Positions 12,270 through 26,777 of a DNA stretch of 64,000 nucleotides are shown one piece after another. The DNA lies in contig OX597815.1 of the NCBI GenBank assembly GCA_951406725.2, positions 46,748,001 through 46,812,000 of the forward strand, read 5' to 3'. Below the pieces are notes generated by a model, which saw only the letters and a program-made list of their open reading frames with translations, was not told the DNA's origin and ran no database searches. The stretch comes from Octopus vulgaris (taxonomy: Eukaryota). Within the stretch, counting starts at the first letter, position 1, and every line of letters begins with the position of its first letter. A program made the position numbers and the translations under genes.

Positions 12270-12628
12270 GAAACAACAGAGACGGAAAATGGAATATACG
12301 GAGGAACTTTATTGATCACGACGATCGTTTTCGATATACCCTGCATCGCTCTCTCGCGGGTGGGAAACAATGTGAATAATTTCTGTGGTTCCCACGGCGC
12401 ATAATGTATCTCGTTACCTAAATAATGTTTCGTTCTATATTGTTTCTATTTTACTTAGCATACGCTGAGGAATTCCTGATGTAGATTCAGCGACGATAGA
12501 GCAATTACCGTGGATGACGCCAGATAGACTTTGACATTGGAGGTGCTTTATCGGCATACTACTAGGCACATATCCAACACGTACATTTAAAATTTTGATT
12601 TTAACTTTTGTATATATATATATATATA

Positions 12629-13018
12629 CTCTTTACTTGTTTCAGTCATTTGGTGCGGCCATGCTGGAGCACCGCCTTTGGTCGAGCATATCGACCCCGG
12701 GACTTATTCTTTGTAAGCCCAGTACTTATTCTATCGGTCTCTTTTGCCGAACCGCTAAGTGACGGGGACGTAAACACACCAGCATCGGTTGTCAAGCAAT
12801 GCTAGGGAGACAAACACGGATATACAAACGCATACACACATACATATATATACATATATACGACAGGCTTCTTTCAGTTTCCGTCTACCAAATCCACTCA
12901 CAAGGCATTGGTCGGCCCGGGGCTATAGCAGAAGACACTTGCCCAAGATGCCACGCAGTGGGACTGAACCCGGAACCATGTGGTTGGTTAGCAAGCTACT
13001 TACCACACAGCCACTCCC
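12629..13018 (-). mobile_element. SINE family A, full length, young subfamily
   Basis: Nearly identical to 48188-48527, including variants CACAAGGCATTGG and CAAGATGCCACG. Confidence 0.9.
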
Positions 13019-14387
13019 CATATATATATGGGGTGGGGTAGTTGTTGTTCAGCTCATCGAATTTCCTCATAACTTCGATATGATGAAAAAGTGTGTAAAC
13101 TTCGATGCCAATTAAATGTTATAATTCCTCATTGTACACAGTCCACTTTTGTTCTCTATACCTGCCATGGAGTGCTTGAAGCTTACAAACTCCCAACACT
13201 TGACTCCTTGGATCTTACATTTCCATATCGATTAATGTGTGTGCGTGTGTGTGCTTGTGCCCTAGCATGCCCGCAATCAAATGATTGAAAGAAGTAAAAG
13301 AATAAAAGAATATATATATAGTAATATATATATATATATATATATATGCATATATACATACATATATGTACATACCTACATATATATGTATATATACATG
13401 CATATATGGGTACAGGACGTCAAAAAACGTGAACAAAATGAAAAACGAGAATATAAAATACAAAAACATGGAAAACGAACTTTTTCGAACATTGAAAGAA
13501 ACAAATAGAGAAACGAGACTGGCAACATAAAGAACAACCCTTTCATTAGTTGCCCCTGCTTTATCTAGTCCGCGTTTCGAAGGTAGGGACACGACGCGAC
13601 TTCGTTAAAACAGCCCTTCCCGCAAAGCAAATTAAATTAAATTTGGAACTTTTGCGGAAGGTTAAAGTGGTAGCAATAATAGTGACAGTTATATATATGT
13701 ATATTTGTATACATGCATACATGCACACAAACATATATACATACATACATACATACATACATACATACATACATACATACATACATACATACATACATAC
13801 ATACGTACATACGTACATACATACATACATACATACATACATACATACATACATACATACATACATACATGTGGTGGAAGAAACAGAGGTTTGAAAGATT
13901 GTCAAAATGGCTAGTGGGAAAAAAGCTTCAGCAAAGTTACACTGAACAACAATATGGTAATGTTCACGACAAACACGACAATACAAGCATACATATGCAC
14001 ACGCTGTATGGTAATACAAACAGCTTTATGCCGTTGTAGGTTATAGATTATTATAAACCGAAGCAATTCTCCCACGGCTAACACACTTTTTGTTGTGCGT
14101 TCAATCCTCGATTAATTCTCAAAGAAAGATCATGCAAACATACGATATTTAGTTATGCTTTAGAACATTTTTTTCTCAAATAAAATGAGGGGAACAACAT
14201 ACCTGTTTAGTTATATGCACTTTCACCTTTTGTGTTTGAATCTCGTCGAAATCAACGTATTCTTTTAAGTTTCAGGGGTCGGTCTTGTCGATTCTGACCA
14301 CAAAATCACTATGTCCTTATGCCTATCTGAGAAAGTTAGCGCTCTAACTTTTTCGTAACTGCCTTCCCCACCCGAGTTTCTTTTCGT

Positions 14388-14586
14388 TTGGATACATTCA
14401 TCTTCATGTGTGGTTCTATCGATACGTTTGTTTTGCTCTTTCTACAGCTCTTTGTGATTCGAAATGAGAGAAAAAAAACTTTCTTCCTTTCTAAAATACG
14501 TAAATGTAAAATATTTCGTTGCTCATATTACAATCTGCACTGACGAAGCAAGTTATGCTGAAATAGGATGTCTGGAGATAAAGAAT
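14388..14586 (+). repeat. ~200-bp direct repeat, copy 1 (contains hammerhead)
   Basis: Near-identical to 15625-15822 (about 3 substitutions and one A-run indel seen). Confidence 0.9.
14533..14579 (+). ncRNA. Minimal type I hammerhead motif
   Basis: AUCUGCA CUGACGA AGCA-AGUUA-UGCU GAAA UAGGAU GUC UGGAGAU. Stem I pairs 6/7 and stem II is 4 bp. Confidence 0.65.
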
Positions 14587-15624
14587 TCGCATATCATCTA
14601 TTTGGGAATCGATAAAATAAGTACCAGTCAAGTACTGGGGCCGATGTAATCGACTTACATTCTCTCTCTGCAATTGACAGCATCATGCCAAAATTCGAGA
14701 CTATTATTTATGAAGGACAAGAGACATAACTTATAATATCCTTATTTCCTTCTTCTTCCTCTTCTTGGTAATGTTTGATATTCAGCTCGAGACTGTAGGT
14801 CGGTGATGGTTTTTTAAAGAAAAAAGTTTTAAAACGAAAGGAATTTTTGGGAGGAATTTAATTTTAGTGAAGACTGAAGGATAAGCGAAGTGGTAGAATC
14901 GTTAGCGCATCCGATAGTATGCATTACATTATTCATCGCAACCCTTTGTCATTTGCGTTTAATTTTCTTCGAGATTAGACAATCAATTCATTATTTTACA
15001 TTCTAACATTGTGTACGCTTTCCGACAGATAAAAGGGAGATAATAATTTCTTCATTACATTTGGCCGAATTTGAAGTTTGAATACGAAATTAAGAAATAC
15101 GAAAAAAAGATGCAGAGAAGAAACATTTGTTTATTTATTTGTTTGTTGCTCACGTATTTCGAAATTCTTAAAATTTCTAGCCTGTGGTAATCATGTATAT
15201 TACCATTTCATTCTTTATAGAAACCATCAGCATGACATAACACAAAGTATATTAATTAAAAATTTTATGAAACAAGATATTTCTTATTAGTGGGGTAAAT
15301 TAAATGATAAGTATTTTTATTTTAAATCTTGAAGGGAGGCAAGAAAAAGAAATATATAAAAAATAACGTTACACTTATTTTAGAAACAAAAGTAAAATTA
15401 AGTCTCAAAACTTGTATAATTCTACCCTGACTCAAGATAGTTCTTCGAATTTCAAATCTTATGAAACTTATGTCGTTTTTAGGGTGGGGTTTCAGTTAAT
15501 TTCTTTATTTTATTCCTGTGTGTGACAACGAAATAAAGTTTTTTTTTTTTTGCCTGTTGTTCCAACTTTCATTTTCTTCCTACGCTGCTACTGTACAAAA
15601 AAATCAAAACAAAAAAATAACGGA

Positions 15625-15822
15625 TTGGATACATTCATGTTCATGTGTGGTTCTATCGATACGTTTGTTTTGCTCTTTCTATAGCTCTTTGTGATTCGAA
15701 ATGAGAGAAAAAAACTTTCTTCCTTTCTAAAATACGTAAATGTAAAATATTTCGTTGCTCATATTACAATCTGCACTGACGAAGCAAGTTATGCTGAAAT
15801 AGGATGTCAGGAGATAAAGAAT
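15625..15822 (+). repeat. ~200-bp direct repeat, copy 2 (contains hammerhead)
   Basis: Second copy, about 1237 bp downstream of copy 1. Confidence 0.9.
15769..15815 (+). ncRNA. Minimal type I hammerhead motif
   Basis: Same core as 14533-14579, but the first stem I pair after GUC is mismatched (A-A). Confidence 0.55.
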
Positions 15823-16432
15823 GATCAAGAAATATTAAATTTTAAATACATACACTTAATATGTCACTTTGAGCCATACACTTATGAACAAAAAAAATAA
15901 TCACGTTTCTCTCTCTTATACAAAAATACATGAACGATTCATCAGTGTTTCTGTTTATATATTTGTATACAAAGCAGTTAAATGCACATTTCAATTAAAC
16001 TATTAATCTATCCATGTAATACCCCAATTACACACACACACACGCACACACACACACACACACACGCATACTTGTGTTTATATACACAAACATGCATGTG
16101 CTGATACACACACATATGCATACTTGTGTTTATACACACACACACACATGTATGTATGTAGGTATGTATGTATATTACACGCGTCATTAATATACCCATC
16201 AATCATTCTTCACGTCTTATTTTTTGCGGAAATTATACAAAATAGTGAAATCACGTTCCTTTCGAAGTAGATTTTTATGCTCATACATAATATATTCATA
16301 GACACACATACTTACACACACATACATACATACATACATACATACATACATACATACATACATACATACATACATACACACATCATGTATGCATACATAC
16401 ATCATGCATGCATACATACATCATGCATGCAT

Positions 16433-16463
<31 letters not shown>

Positions 16464-16734
16464 TACATACATACGTACGTACGTACGTACATACATACAT
16501 ACATACATACATACATACATACATACATACATACATACATACATAAGGTGTCTAAGTATGAATGAAAATACATATATACACACATATTTATAAGTGTATA
16601 TGTGTATATATATGAACCACGTGTGCTTTCCTTTTCCTTTCCTTTTCTTTCTGTCTTTCCGTCTTTCTTTAATTCTTTCTTTCCTTTTCTTTAAGAAATC
16701 TACTGTGGTCAGACTTTGGAGCTAAATAACAGTT

Positions 16735-17080
16735 TTTCTTTTACTTGTTTCAGTCATTTGACTGCGGCCATGCTGGAGTACCGCCTTAAAGGGTTTTTTA
16801 ATCGAAGAAATCGACTCCGGGACGTATTCTTTCGAAATCTAGAACTAATTCTATCGGTCTCTTTTGCCGAACCGCTAAGTTACGGGGACGTAAACACACC
16901 AACATCTGCTGTCAAGCGATGGTAGTGGGGTGGGGGGACAAACACAGACACAAAGATATGCACACATAAATATATACATACATACTACGGGTTCCTTTCA
17001 GTTTCCGTCTACCAGATCCACTCACAAGGCTTTGGTCGGCCCGAGGCTATAGAAGACAATTCCCAAAGTGTCATGCAGTA
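16735..17080 (-). mobile_element. SINE family A, 5'-truncated
   Basis: Tail and body match the other family A copies. Confidence 0.8.
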
Positions 17081-18110
17081 AAAAAATCTAATTTTAAAAT
17101 ACTAATTTATGTACTGGAATAATTTGTTGTGTAGAATATATACAAAATGGTTGGAGTTACCAGGTATCCAAACATTGGTTGTCAAGATAAGCAACTAAAC
17201 AAGCGAATGTTACCACCGTTTCGCCAAGTCTAAAAATGTCCAGGGCGTGGCTGTAATACGACGGTATTTTTACGATTTTAGTATGAGTTGAAGAAGAAGA
17301 CAAGTCAAGGCATGTGTATGTGTGCATGTGTGTATGTACTTGTATACTCATATATATTTATTTTTTTAAAATTTTTGCTTCAGTCATAGGACTTCGGCCA
17401 TGCTGGAGCACGACCTTGACGGGTTTAGTCGAACAAAGAAATAATAGAGCTTATTTATAATTCAGGTACTTATTTTAAAGATGTCTTTTACAACGACGTA
17501 AGCAAAACAACACCGATTGCCACGCAGTAGGGAAGACAAATCCAAACATACACACACACACATATGTATATATACAACAGGCTTTCACACAGTTTCTGTT
17601 TTTGGAGGAAGCGTTGTAATGATTTAAGTTTGGAGGAGAGGTGTGTTCCTTGATCCTTAACATCCTGTCGTTGCTGTCATTCATATCCATGTTAATTCTT
17701 TTAAACAAACTTCTGATCAAAGATGTTCCGGTGGTAACAACTCCATTTCTATTTCTGACATAGGCACAGGCACGGCTGAGTGATTAAGAAGCTTGCTTTG
17801 CAACCTTGTGGTTTCGAGCTCAATCCCACCGCATGGCACCCTGGGCAAGTACCTTCTACTGTAGACCTGGGTTGACCAATGCAGTCTGAGTGAATCTGGT
17901 AGGAGGAAACTGTGAAAGCCAGACGCGCGCGCGTGCGTGTGTGCTTCTGTGTGTGTGTGCGTACACACACAAACAAGTGAGTGGAGTAACGAAGGAAAAA
18001 GGGACTCAACACAGGCATAGATATACCGGTTATCTAAACTTAAAAGAAATGGTTTTCTGTTAGAAGCCCACGAAATTTTAAGTCGCATGGAGACGAATGA
18101 AATTGTTTTA

Positions 18111-19255
<1,145 letters not shown>

Positions 19256-20680
19256 GAATACTATAGACGAGTTAGATTAATACTGAAAACAGAGCTCAAT
19301 GCGAAGAACAAGATAATAGGCATCAACACTCTGGCCGTCCCAGTTATAAGTTACAGCTACAATATCCTCATCTGCACACTAAATGAAGTAACCAAAATAG
19401 ACAGGAAAACAAGAAAAATAAAGATAGGATTTAGGATGCACCACCAAAAATCTGACATAGAAAGGTTATATATAAAACGTATAGAAGGTGGTATAAGCCT
19501 TATACAGCTAGAAATCTATTACAAAATAAGCACCATGGGACTTCGAAAGTACCTACTCCAGAAGCAAAGAAAACTAATACAAAGCAAAAACTGTTTTCAG
19601 CTTTTAAAGAAGTTGACAAATACTGACAAGAAGTCATACTACCTAACAACTATGAAGAAGAAGAAGAAGAAGAAGAAGAAGAAGAAGAAGAAGAAGAAGA
19701 AGAAGAAGAAGAAGAAGAAGAAGAAGAAGAAGAAGAAGAAGAAGAAGAAGAAGAAGAAGAAGAAGAAACAAAAGCTGTAAAACAAATGAAATCCAAACTA
19801 AAACTAGAACAGCAACAGACCATGATAAAATGATGGCAAGAAAAGCCCCTTCATGGCAAATACCGGGTTAAACTAAACGCAAAAGAAATAGACAAAGCAA
19901 AATCCCAGCAATGGCTTAGAAGCTCAGAACTCAAAGCGGAAACTGAAGGATTTTTAATTGCAGCACAAGACCAAAGCCTCCCCACCAGAAATGACCAAAA
20001 ACATATAATGAAAAGAAACATAACAAGTAACTGCAGAATATATGGAGATGGACAAGAAACTATAAATCATATTGTCTCTGGCTGCCCAGTCCTGGCTAAG
20101 AAAGAATATATTCACCGACACGACAGAATTGAGACTTACATACACTGGAAGCTATGCCTGCACTACATAATAACAGAAAAAAGATGGTATAGGCACACGC
20201 CAGAAAAGGTTTCAGAAAATGAGAAAGCAACAATACTATGGGACATACCAATACACACAGATATAGAAATAAAGGCCAATAGGCCAGATATAGTTGTTAG
20301 AGATCATGAAGAAAAAAATGCTTTCTGATTGATGTATCAATACCAACAGATGACAACGTTTCTCTAAAAGAAATGGAGAAACTTTCAAAATAGAGGTAAC
20401 ACGAATGTGGAGTCTAAAAACAGAAACAATTCCTATCCTAGAGGGCGCATTAGGTAAGATAAAAAAAATATTCAGACAAATACATAACAAAAACACCAGA
20501 ACTAACAAATCTATATAACATACAGAAAATAGCACTACTAGGTACTGCACACATCCTACGTAAAACAGTTTCAATACAGTAACCATAAGAGCATCACAGC
20601 AAATCACAGCACATACTCAAGGCACACAGAGCTGCGCGCGGTAGTGCAATGAAAGCACGTTATGAAAATAAGACTACTGA
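19256..20680 (+). mobile_element. 5'-truncated R4/Dong-type non-LTR retrotransposon (RLE endonuclease), pseudogenised
   Basis: Fragments LNAKNKIIGINTLAVPV, ERLYIKRIEGG, KPLHGKY, ETEGFLIAAQDQSL, CRIY..ETINHIVSGC (CCHC, second Cys replaced), RHD, NRPDIVV and LLGTAHILRK, with stops and frameshifts. Confidence 0.9.
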
Positions 20681-20681
20681 A

Positions 20682-20788
<107 letters not shown>

Positions 20789-21213
20789 ATAATAATAATA
20801 ATAATAAATAAGAGTCTGTATTTTAATGGCCTACCAATGTCTATAGTGAGTTTCTTTGCCTTAGGTGTCGGGAAGATACACTGTATTAACTGGAAACAAA
20901 ATTGAAAGAAGAAAATAATAACAATAATAATAATATATATGCTTGTATATATGTGTGCATGGATATACATGTATATATAAGGCAAATAAGAAAATGGAGA
21001 GAATAATCAATCGACAAACATCAGCCTGTAAACATTCATTTGGAACTATTTATTAATTAATTACAATTATATGTATAAGTAATCAAAATAAACAAATGAA
21101 GTAAACAAATAAACAAGTAAACAAGAAGGAGAGTAGGAGTGAAGAGAAGTAGGAGTTGGAACAAGAGAGGAGAGGTGGGTGAGAGGAAGTAGGTGTGAGG
21201 GGGAGAAAGGCAA

Positions 21214-21388
21214 GGGGAGGAGGTTAGATGAAGGGGGAGGAGGTTAAATGAAAAGGGGATGAGGTTAGATGAAGTGGGGAGGAGGTTAAATGAAGAGGGG
21301 AGGAGGTTAGATGAAGTGGGGAGGAGGTTAAATGAAGAGGGGAGGAGGTTAGATGAAGAGGGGAGAAGGTTAAATAAAGAGGGGAGGA
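21214..21388. repeat. 21-bp G-rich minisatellite, about 8 units
   Basis: Units GGGGAGGAGGTTAGATGAAGT and GGGGAGGAGGTTAAATGAAGA. Confidence 0.9.
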
Positions 21389-22440
21389 GAGTTGAGCCCA
21401 TGTGGCGCAAAAGACTGAAGAGAGAAGATTAATCTCTGTTCACAGCGCAAACGGGAGTCCGGATGGCCCTTGTGCCATCCGGACTCCCGTTTTTATTTAT
21501 CTATAAATAAATAAATAAATGAATAATAATAAATGAGTGAAAAATGCTAATGTATATGTGTATGTGTGTGTATCATTGTGTTTGCGTTTGTCCCCCCACA
21601 ACTGCTTTACTACTGATAGAATATATACCGATAGAATAAGTTCTGGAGTAATTTTCTTTGGTTAAAACCCGTGAAAGCGGTGCTCCAGCATGGCTGCAGT
21701 TCAATGGCTAAACAAGTAAAAAAGACAAAAGATAATATACAGGATTAAGCAATCATGTTTATGTATTTTCTTTATTAAGACTCTAGGTTAGGATACTTTT
21801 TATTAGGATATGGTTGCAAGTAATGCTAAATGTATATATGCTTCGTTGAGGAGTTCAAATAAGACCAAAACATGTCCATAGATGTCACTCTTCTTGCTGC
21901 TTTTCTATTCAAATTCATTTTGATAAATTTTAATCTAGATTTTCTTCTTTGTTCTTCCGACCCAGCATTGATATTTCATCTGATACTTTTTATGAAGGGA
22001 CATGCACGACGATGCAAGTTATGAAACTATGCTTATGAAACTAAGTTGCCTGGAAATGAGTCAAACTTTTTAAATTATATATGCAACTCCTCTGAAAAGT
22101 GATTGATTGAAACCATTTTACATTTGCTCACTCTCTCGTGCGCGTAAGCCATGGCTGAGTATGTGTGTAAGTCGTGGCTGTGTGTGTGTGTGTGTGTGTG
22201 TAAGTCGTGGCTGTGTGGTAAGAAGTTTGCTTGCCAGCCACATGGTTCCAGGTTCAGTCCCACTGCGTGACATATTGGGTAAATCTCTTGTCATCCTCGG
22301 GCCGACTAAAGCTTTGTGAGTGGAACTGAGAGACGGAAATTGAAAGAAACCCGTCGTATATATCACCAACACCTTCACCTGCACTTCTACCAATATCATC
22401 TACTGCATCTCCTGTTCTCTCTCTCCCTCTCTCTGCCCTT

Positions 22441-22920
22441 CTCTATACATCGAGCAAATGGGACGCCGCTTGCTGACCGGTTCGCGGAATACCTCCGAGA
22501 CATCCAACTCGACAATGATACCCCGGTCTCGCAACATTTCCGCTCTACCGGTCACTCTTTGCAACACCATGTTCGGATTGTCCTAGCACAGGGGCCATTC
22601 GTTCTAGTCTAGCGACCCTCCATGTTTGTTTTCTCTCGATTTCCTTGTATGTCTCCACTGTCTTGTTTTCGGTCCCAACTTTGACCCTCCATAAATCCAG
22701 AATTTTACATAGATCCTTATGGGAGCAACTGTCTTCGAAGATTCATATTGTCGTTCATTGCTCGAAATTAGGAGTAGATAGACAGCCGACAACTGATGTT
22801 ACTTGTGTTACTTGTCCTGTTTTCCATTATTTCTTTCGTTTTTTTTTTGTGTATTGAACTCATTTGTTTTCGTATTTCATGTTGTTTACTGTTGGTGATG
22901 TCCTGTACCCATATATGCAT
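22441..22920 (+). mobile_element. PLE 3' remnant: GIY-YIG fragment plus family E tail
   Basis: LYIEQMGRR/LADRFAEYLRDIQLDNDTPVSQHFRSTGHS matches the YIG-x-T-R-L-RF-EH...V-HF...H pattern, with a frameshift. Confidence 0.75.
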
Positions 22921-22951
<31 letters not shown>

Positions 22952-22952
22952 A

Positions 22953-23000
<48 letters not shown>

Positions 23001-23130
23001 TTATATATATATATATCACGTGATCACGTGACTGACCAGACCATCAGATGTTGCTACACATCGCTGGTCACAATGCGTTCGCATTGTTTTAGCCTTCGAA
23101 TGACGCCACCCCGCTGGCTAAGCGACAGGC

Positions 23131-23217
<87 letters not shown>

Positions 23218-23989
23218 AAAATTAGGTAATCAGATCGGATGGTTCATATTTATAGATATTTATTTATATATTACATTTTTTATATATTACATTTATATAT
23301 ATATATATATATATATACATACACATATAAAGCCGTCGTACATATATGTGTATGTGTGTAAATGTCTTTGTGTCTCTGTCCTCCACTACCGCTTGACAAC
23401 CGGTGTTAGTTTGTTTACGTCCATGTAACTTATCGGTTAGAATAAGCACCAGGCTTAAGGAAAAAAATGATTGGTACTGTGGTTGATGCATTCGACTCAA
23501 AATTCTTCAAGGCGGTGTCCCAGCACGACCGCAGTCTAATTGGTTGAAACAATTAAAAGGTAGAATACACACACACACACACACACACTCATGTATGTAT
23601 ATGTATTTTTTTCTCCTCGCAGACTCTCCACTCTACCCCTACCATCCACACTTTACTTCTTTACTCGTTCATTTGATTTATTACAATTAATAGACAAATG
23701 AATAAATTAAATTAGATTGACTAAATAAACAAAGAAAACCAACAACCAACAAACAAATAGACAATCCAACAAACAAAGAAACAAAACCAATGGAGGAAGA
23801 TCGCGAATTGTCGATGGTCTTGGAATGGTAAGAGATACCGTTTTATGATGGTGCTGTGAGTCATAGTCCACAGGAAATAGTATCCATAATGGAAATGGCG
23901 TAGATGATGGGTGGAAGGTGGAGGTGAGATTTTAGTGAATGGAATTGAGTTCAGGGTCTGGGAGTAAGAGGTAGATAAAGATAGAGAGG

Positions 23990-24073
23990 GAGTGAGGGAT
24001 CGAAATTTAGTGTTGGGAGGAGAGTGTGTGTGAATGTGTGGATTTATTATGGTGATGTACCGCTGAGAGAGTA

Positions 24074-24114
<41 letters not shown>

Positions 24115-24207
24115 GGAGGGAAGGAGAGAAAAGAGAGAGATTGTGTAAGTGAGAGAAGGAGTGTGTGTGTGTGTGTGTGTATGAGGGAGAGATAATGTTT
24201 GTGAGAA

Positions 24208-24241
<34 letters not shown>

Positions 24242-24242
24242 T

Positions 24243-24291
<49 letters not shown>

Positions 24292-24352
24292 TGTTTGTAA
24301 GAGAGAGATAAAGAGAGTTTGTAAAAGAAGAATAAGAGCTGAAGAATGTTTG

Positions 24353-24424
<72 letters not shown>

Positions 24425-24840
24425 TGAAAGAAGTGTATGTGTCCATTATATGTGAGTAGGCAGCGTGAATAGCGAAAATGTAAGACAAAGCAAGGGAGAG
24501 CAGAGAAGTGAGAGAACGGGAGAGAAATAGAGAGTGCCTGTGTAAGAGAGAAAGAGGAGGAGAGTGGGAGAGAGAGAGTATTTGTGTGTGTGTGTGTGCA
24601 TATGTGTGTGTATGTGCGTGTGTGTGTGAGAGAGAGTGAGAGAGAGAGAGAGGGAGAGAGCATATGTATGTGCCCATTATTGAGTGGCGGTATGAACAGA
24701 CACAGAGTAAGACAAATCGAGGAGTTGGAGAGGAACGGTGGGAGTGAGGGAGAGCAAGAAGACGAGAAGAAAACGAGAGAATGTCTGTAGATATGTGTAT
24801 GTATGTGAGGAAGGTCTGTGCGAATGTATACGTAAATGAG

Positions 24841-24877
<37 letters not shown>

Positions 24878-24995
24878 GGGTTATTGAGAAAAAGTGGGCA
24901 ATGAGAGAGTGTGGAAGACAGAGAGAGGGAGAGAGAGAGAGAGAGAAAACTGGGAGGGAAGATTGTGTGTGTGTGGGGGTGCATGCGGATTATTA

Positions 24996-25076
<81 letters not shown>

Positions 25077-25220
25077 AAGCTGGATCGAGAAATAAAGGGA
25101 GCGAAAGAGGAAGAGAGAGACCGGGAGAAAGAATGTTTGATATAGAGATAGTGACAAAAGATGAAAGAAACATAGTCTTTGTGAGGGGGATTAAGAGAAA
25201 GTACAAGTGAAAGAGTGCAA

Positions 25221-25257
<37 letters not shown>

Positions 25258-25591
25258 AAAGTGATCAAATTAAAAGTAGTATAATAGCTGAGTGATCGAA
25301 TGAAAGATTCAGTGAATGAGTAACAAAGCGAGGAGAGTGAAAGAAAGAGTATAGATAGAATGAAAGAGAGAGAGAGAGAGAGAGAGAAAGAAAAGGAGAG
25401 AGAGGGGTGAGGGAGAGAGAGAGAGAGAGGGAGAGCTGTGAAATAATATGAAACTGAAGGAGGAGGGAAAGCGTGTGGATTTGTGAAAGAACTCAAGAGA
25501 GCAAGTGAAGCGTGACTTAAAGAAAATAGACCAATAGAAAGTGTTAGGGAGAATGACTGAGACCCAGAATGAATGTGAATGAAGTGATGGG

Positions 25592-25634
<43 letters not shown>

Positions 25635-25739
25635 AGAGGGAGAGAGAGAGAGAGTAAGAGGGAGAGAGAGAGGGGGAAAGGAACAATATGAGTAAGGGAG
25701 AGAGAGGGGGAATGACAGAAACAAGAATAGTTGAGAGGC

Positions 25740-25779
<40 letters not shown>

Positions 25780-25983
25780 ACAGAGTGAGAGAGAGACTGA
25801 GTGAAAGAGAGAGAGAAACAGTATTAGTAAGAGAGAGAAGGAGAGATAGAGTGAGTGAGTGAGTGAGTGAAAGAGAGAGGGAGAGGGAGAGATACAGTGA
25901 ATGAGTGAGAGTGAGAGAGAGGGAGAGATAGAGTGAGTGAGTGTGTGTGTTTGTGTGTGTATGTGTGTGAGAGAGAGAGAGAA

Positions 25984-26042
<59 letters not shown>

Positions 26043-26050
26043 AGTAAAAG
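23990..26050. repeat. Compound (GA)n/(GT)n/(GATA)n low-complexity domain
   Basis: About 2 kb with a strongly purine- and G-rich + strand. Confidence 0.9.
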
Positions 26051-26777
26051 TGAATGTGTTGTCTCTCAAAAAAAATGAAATACTACAATATTTCATTTCA
26101 GACAAAACAAGAAGAAGCCTTTACTTTGATCATCGATCTGCTAGAAACAGCAGCCTAATCTTCAAGTCACACCTTACTGTTTTGTACACCAAAAGAAAAT
26201 AGGCATAACTGTTTTATAAAACAAAAGAGCATACGGACCTCGAAAGAATGAAGGATAAAGTCAACCTCGGCGGAATTTGAACTCAGAGCGTAAAGGGCCG
26301 GAAAAAATGCTGCTAAGCATTTTGTCCGTTGCACTAACTGCTCTACTAAAACAATGACAACAGTTACCAGAAGTATAAACCAACGAGAACTCCTATAGAT
26401 GGACTTTTGATTTGTTAGAAACAGCAGCAAAATCACATTCAAATCATATTCTCATGATCTTAAATTTAGAAACGATTCACCGTGAGGAAGACGGTCTTTT
26501 TGAATATAGATCTAATTTATTAGTGTTGACCTGGATCTATACAACCCATTCACCCCCATCAATAGTACAACTAGCGAGGGTGCCTCTGCGCCGTAGATAG
26601 ACCTGCTTAAAATTGCAGACAAATCTCCTTCAGGTTACAGTCTATCAATCTATCTTTCCTGCCCACTATTCTTAGTGAACGGAGGTGGGTAGAGTCCTCC
26701 ATAGACCTAAATGAGAAGCAGCCGTCGTTGGACTGACTTTCCGGCTGGATTGTCAAGCGTGACCAGTTATTGTTTTA

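Noticed and set aside
12789-13115. Recurrent ORFs such as RQASFSFRLPNPLTR and RNWYLIYRPRKDERQSR
   Set aside because: These are antisense readings of SINE families A and B, not a gene family.
15900-15950. CTGATGA...GAAACGTG on the - strand
   Set aside because: Stem II is weak and GUG is not a cleavable triplet.
19436-19780. Poly-Lys protein
   Set aside because: This is a frameshifted LINE fragment, and the repeat is poly-Glu in the LINE frame.
23721-25724. Long S/L/H/T-rich ORFs (318, 399 and 177 aa)
   Set aside because: They are stop-free only because of (CT)n/(CA)n composition, and no domain is recognisable.
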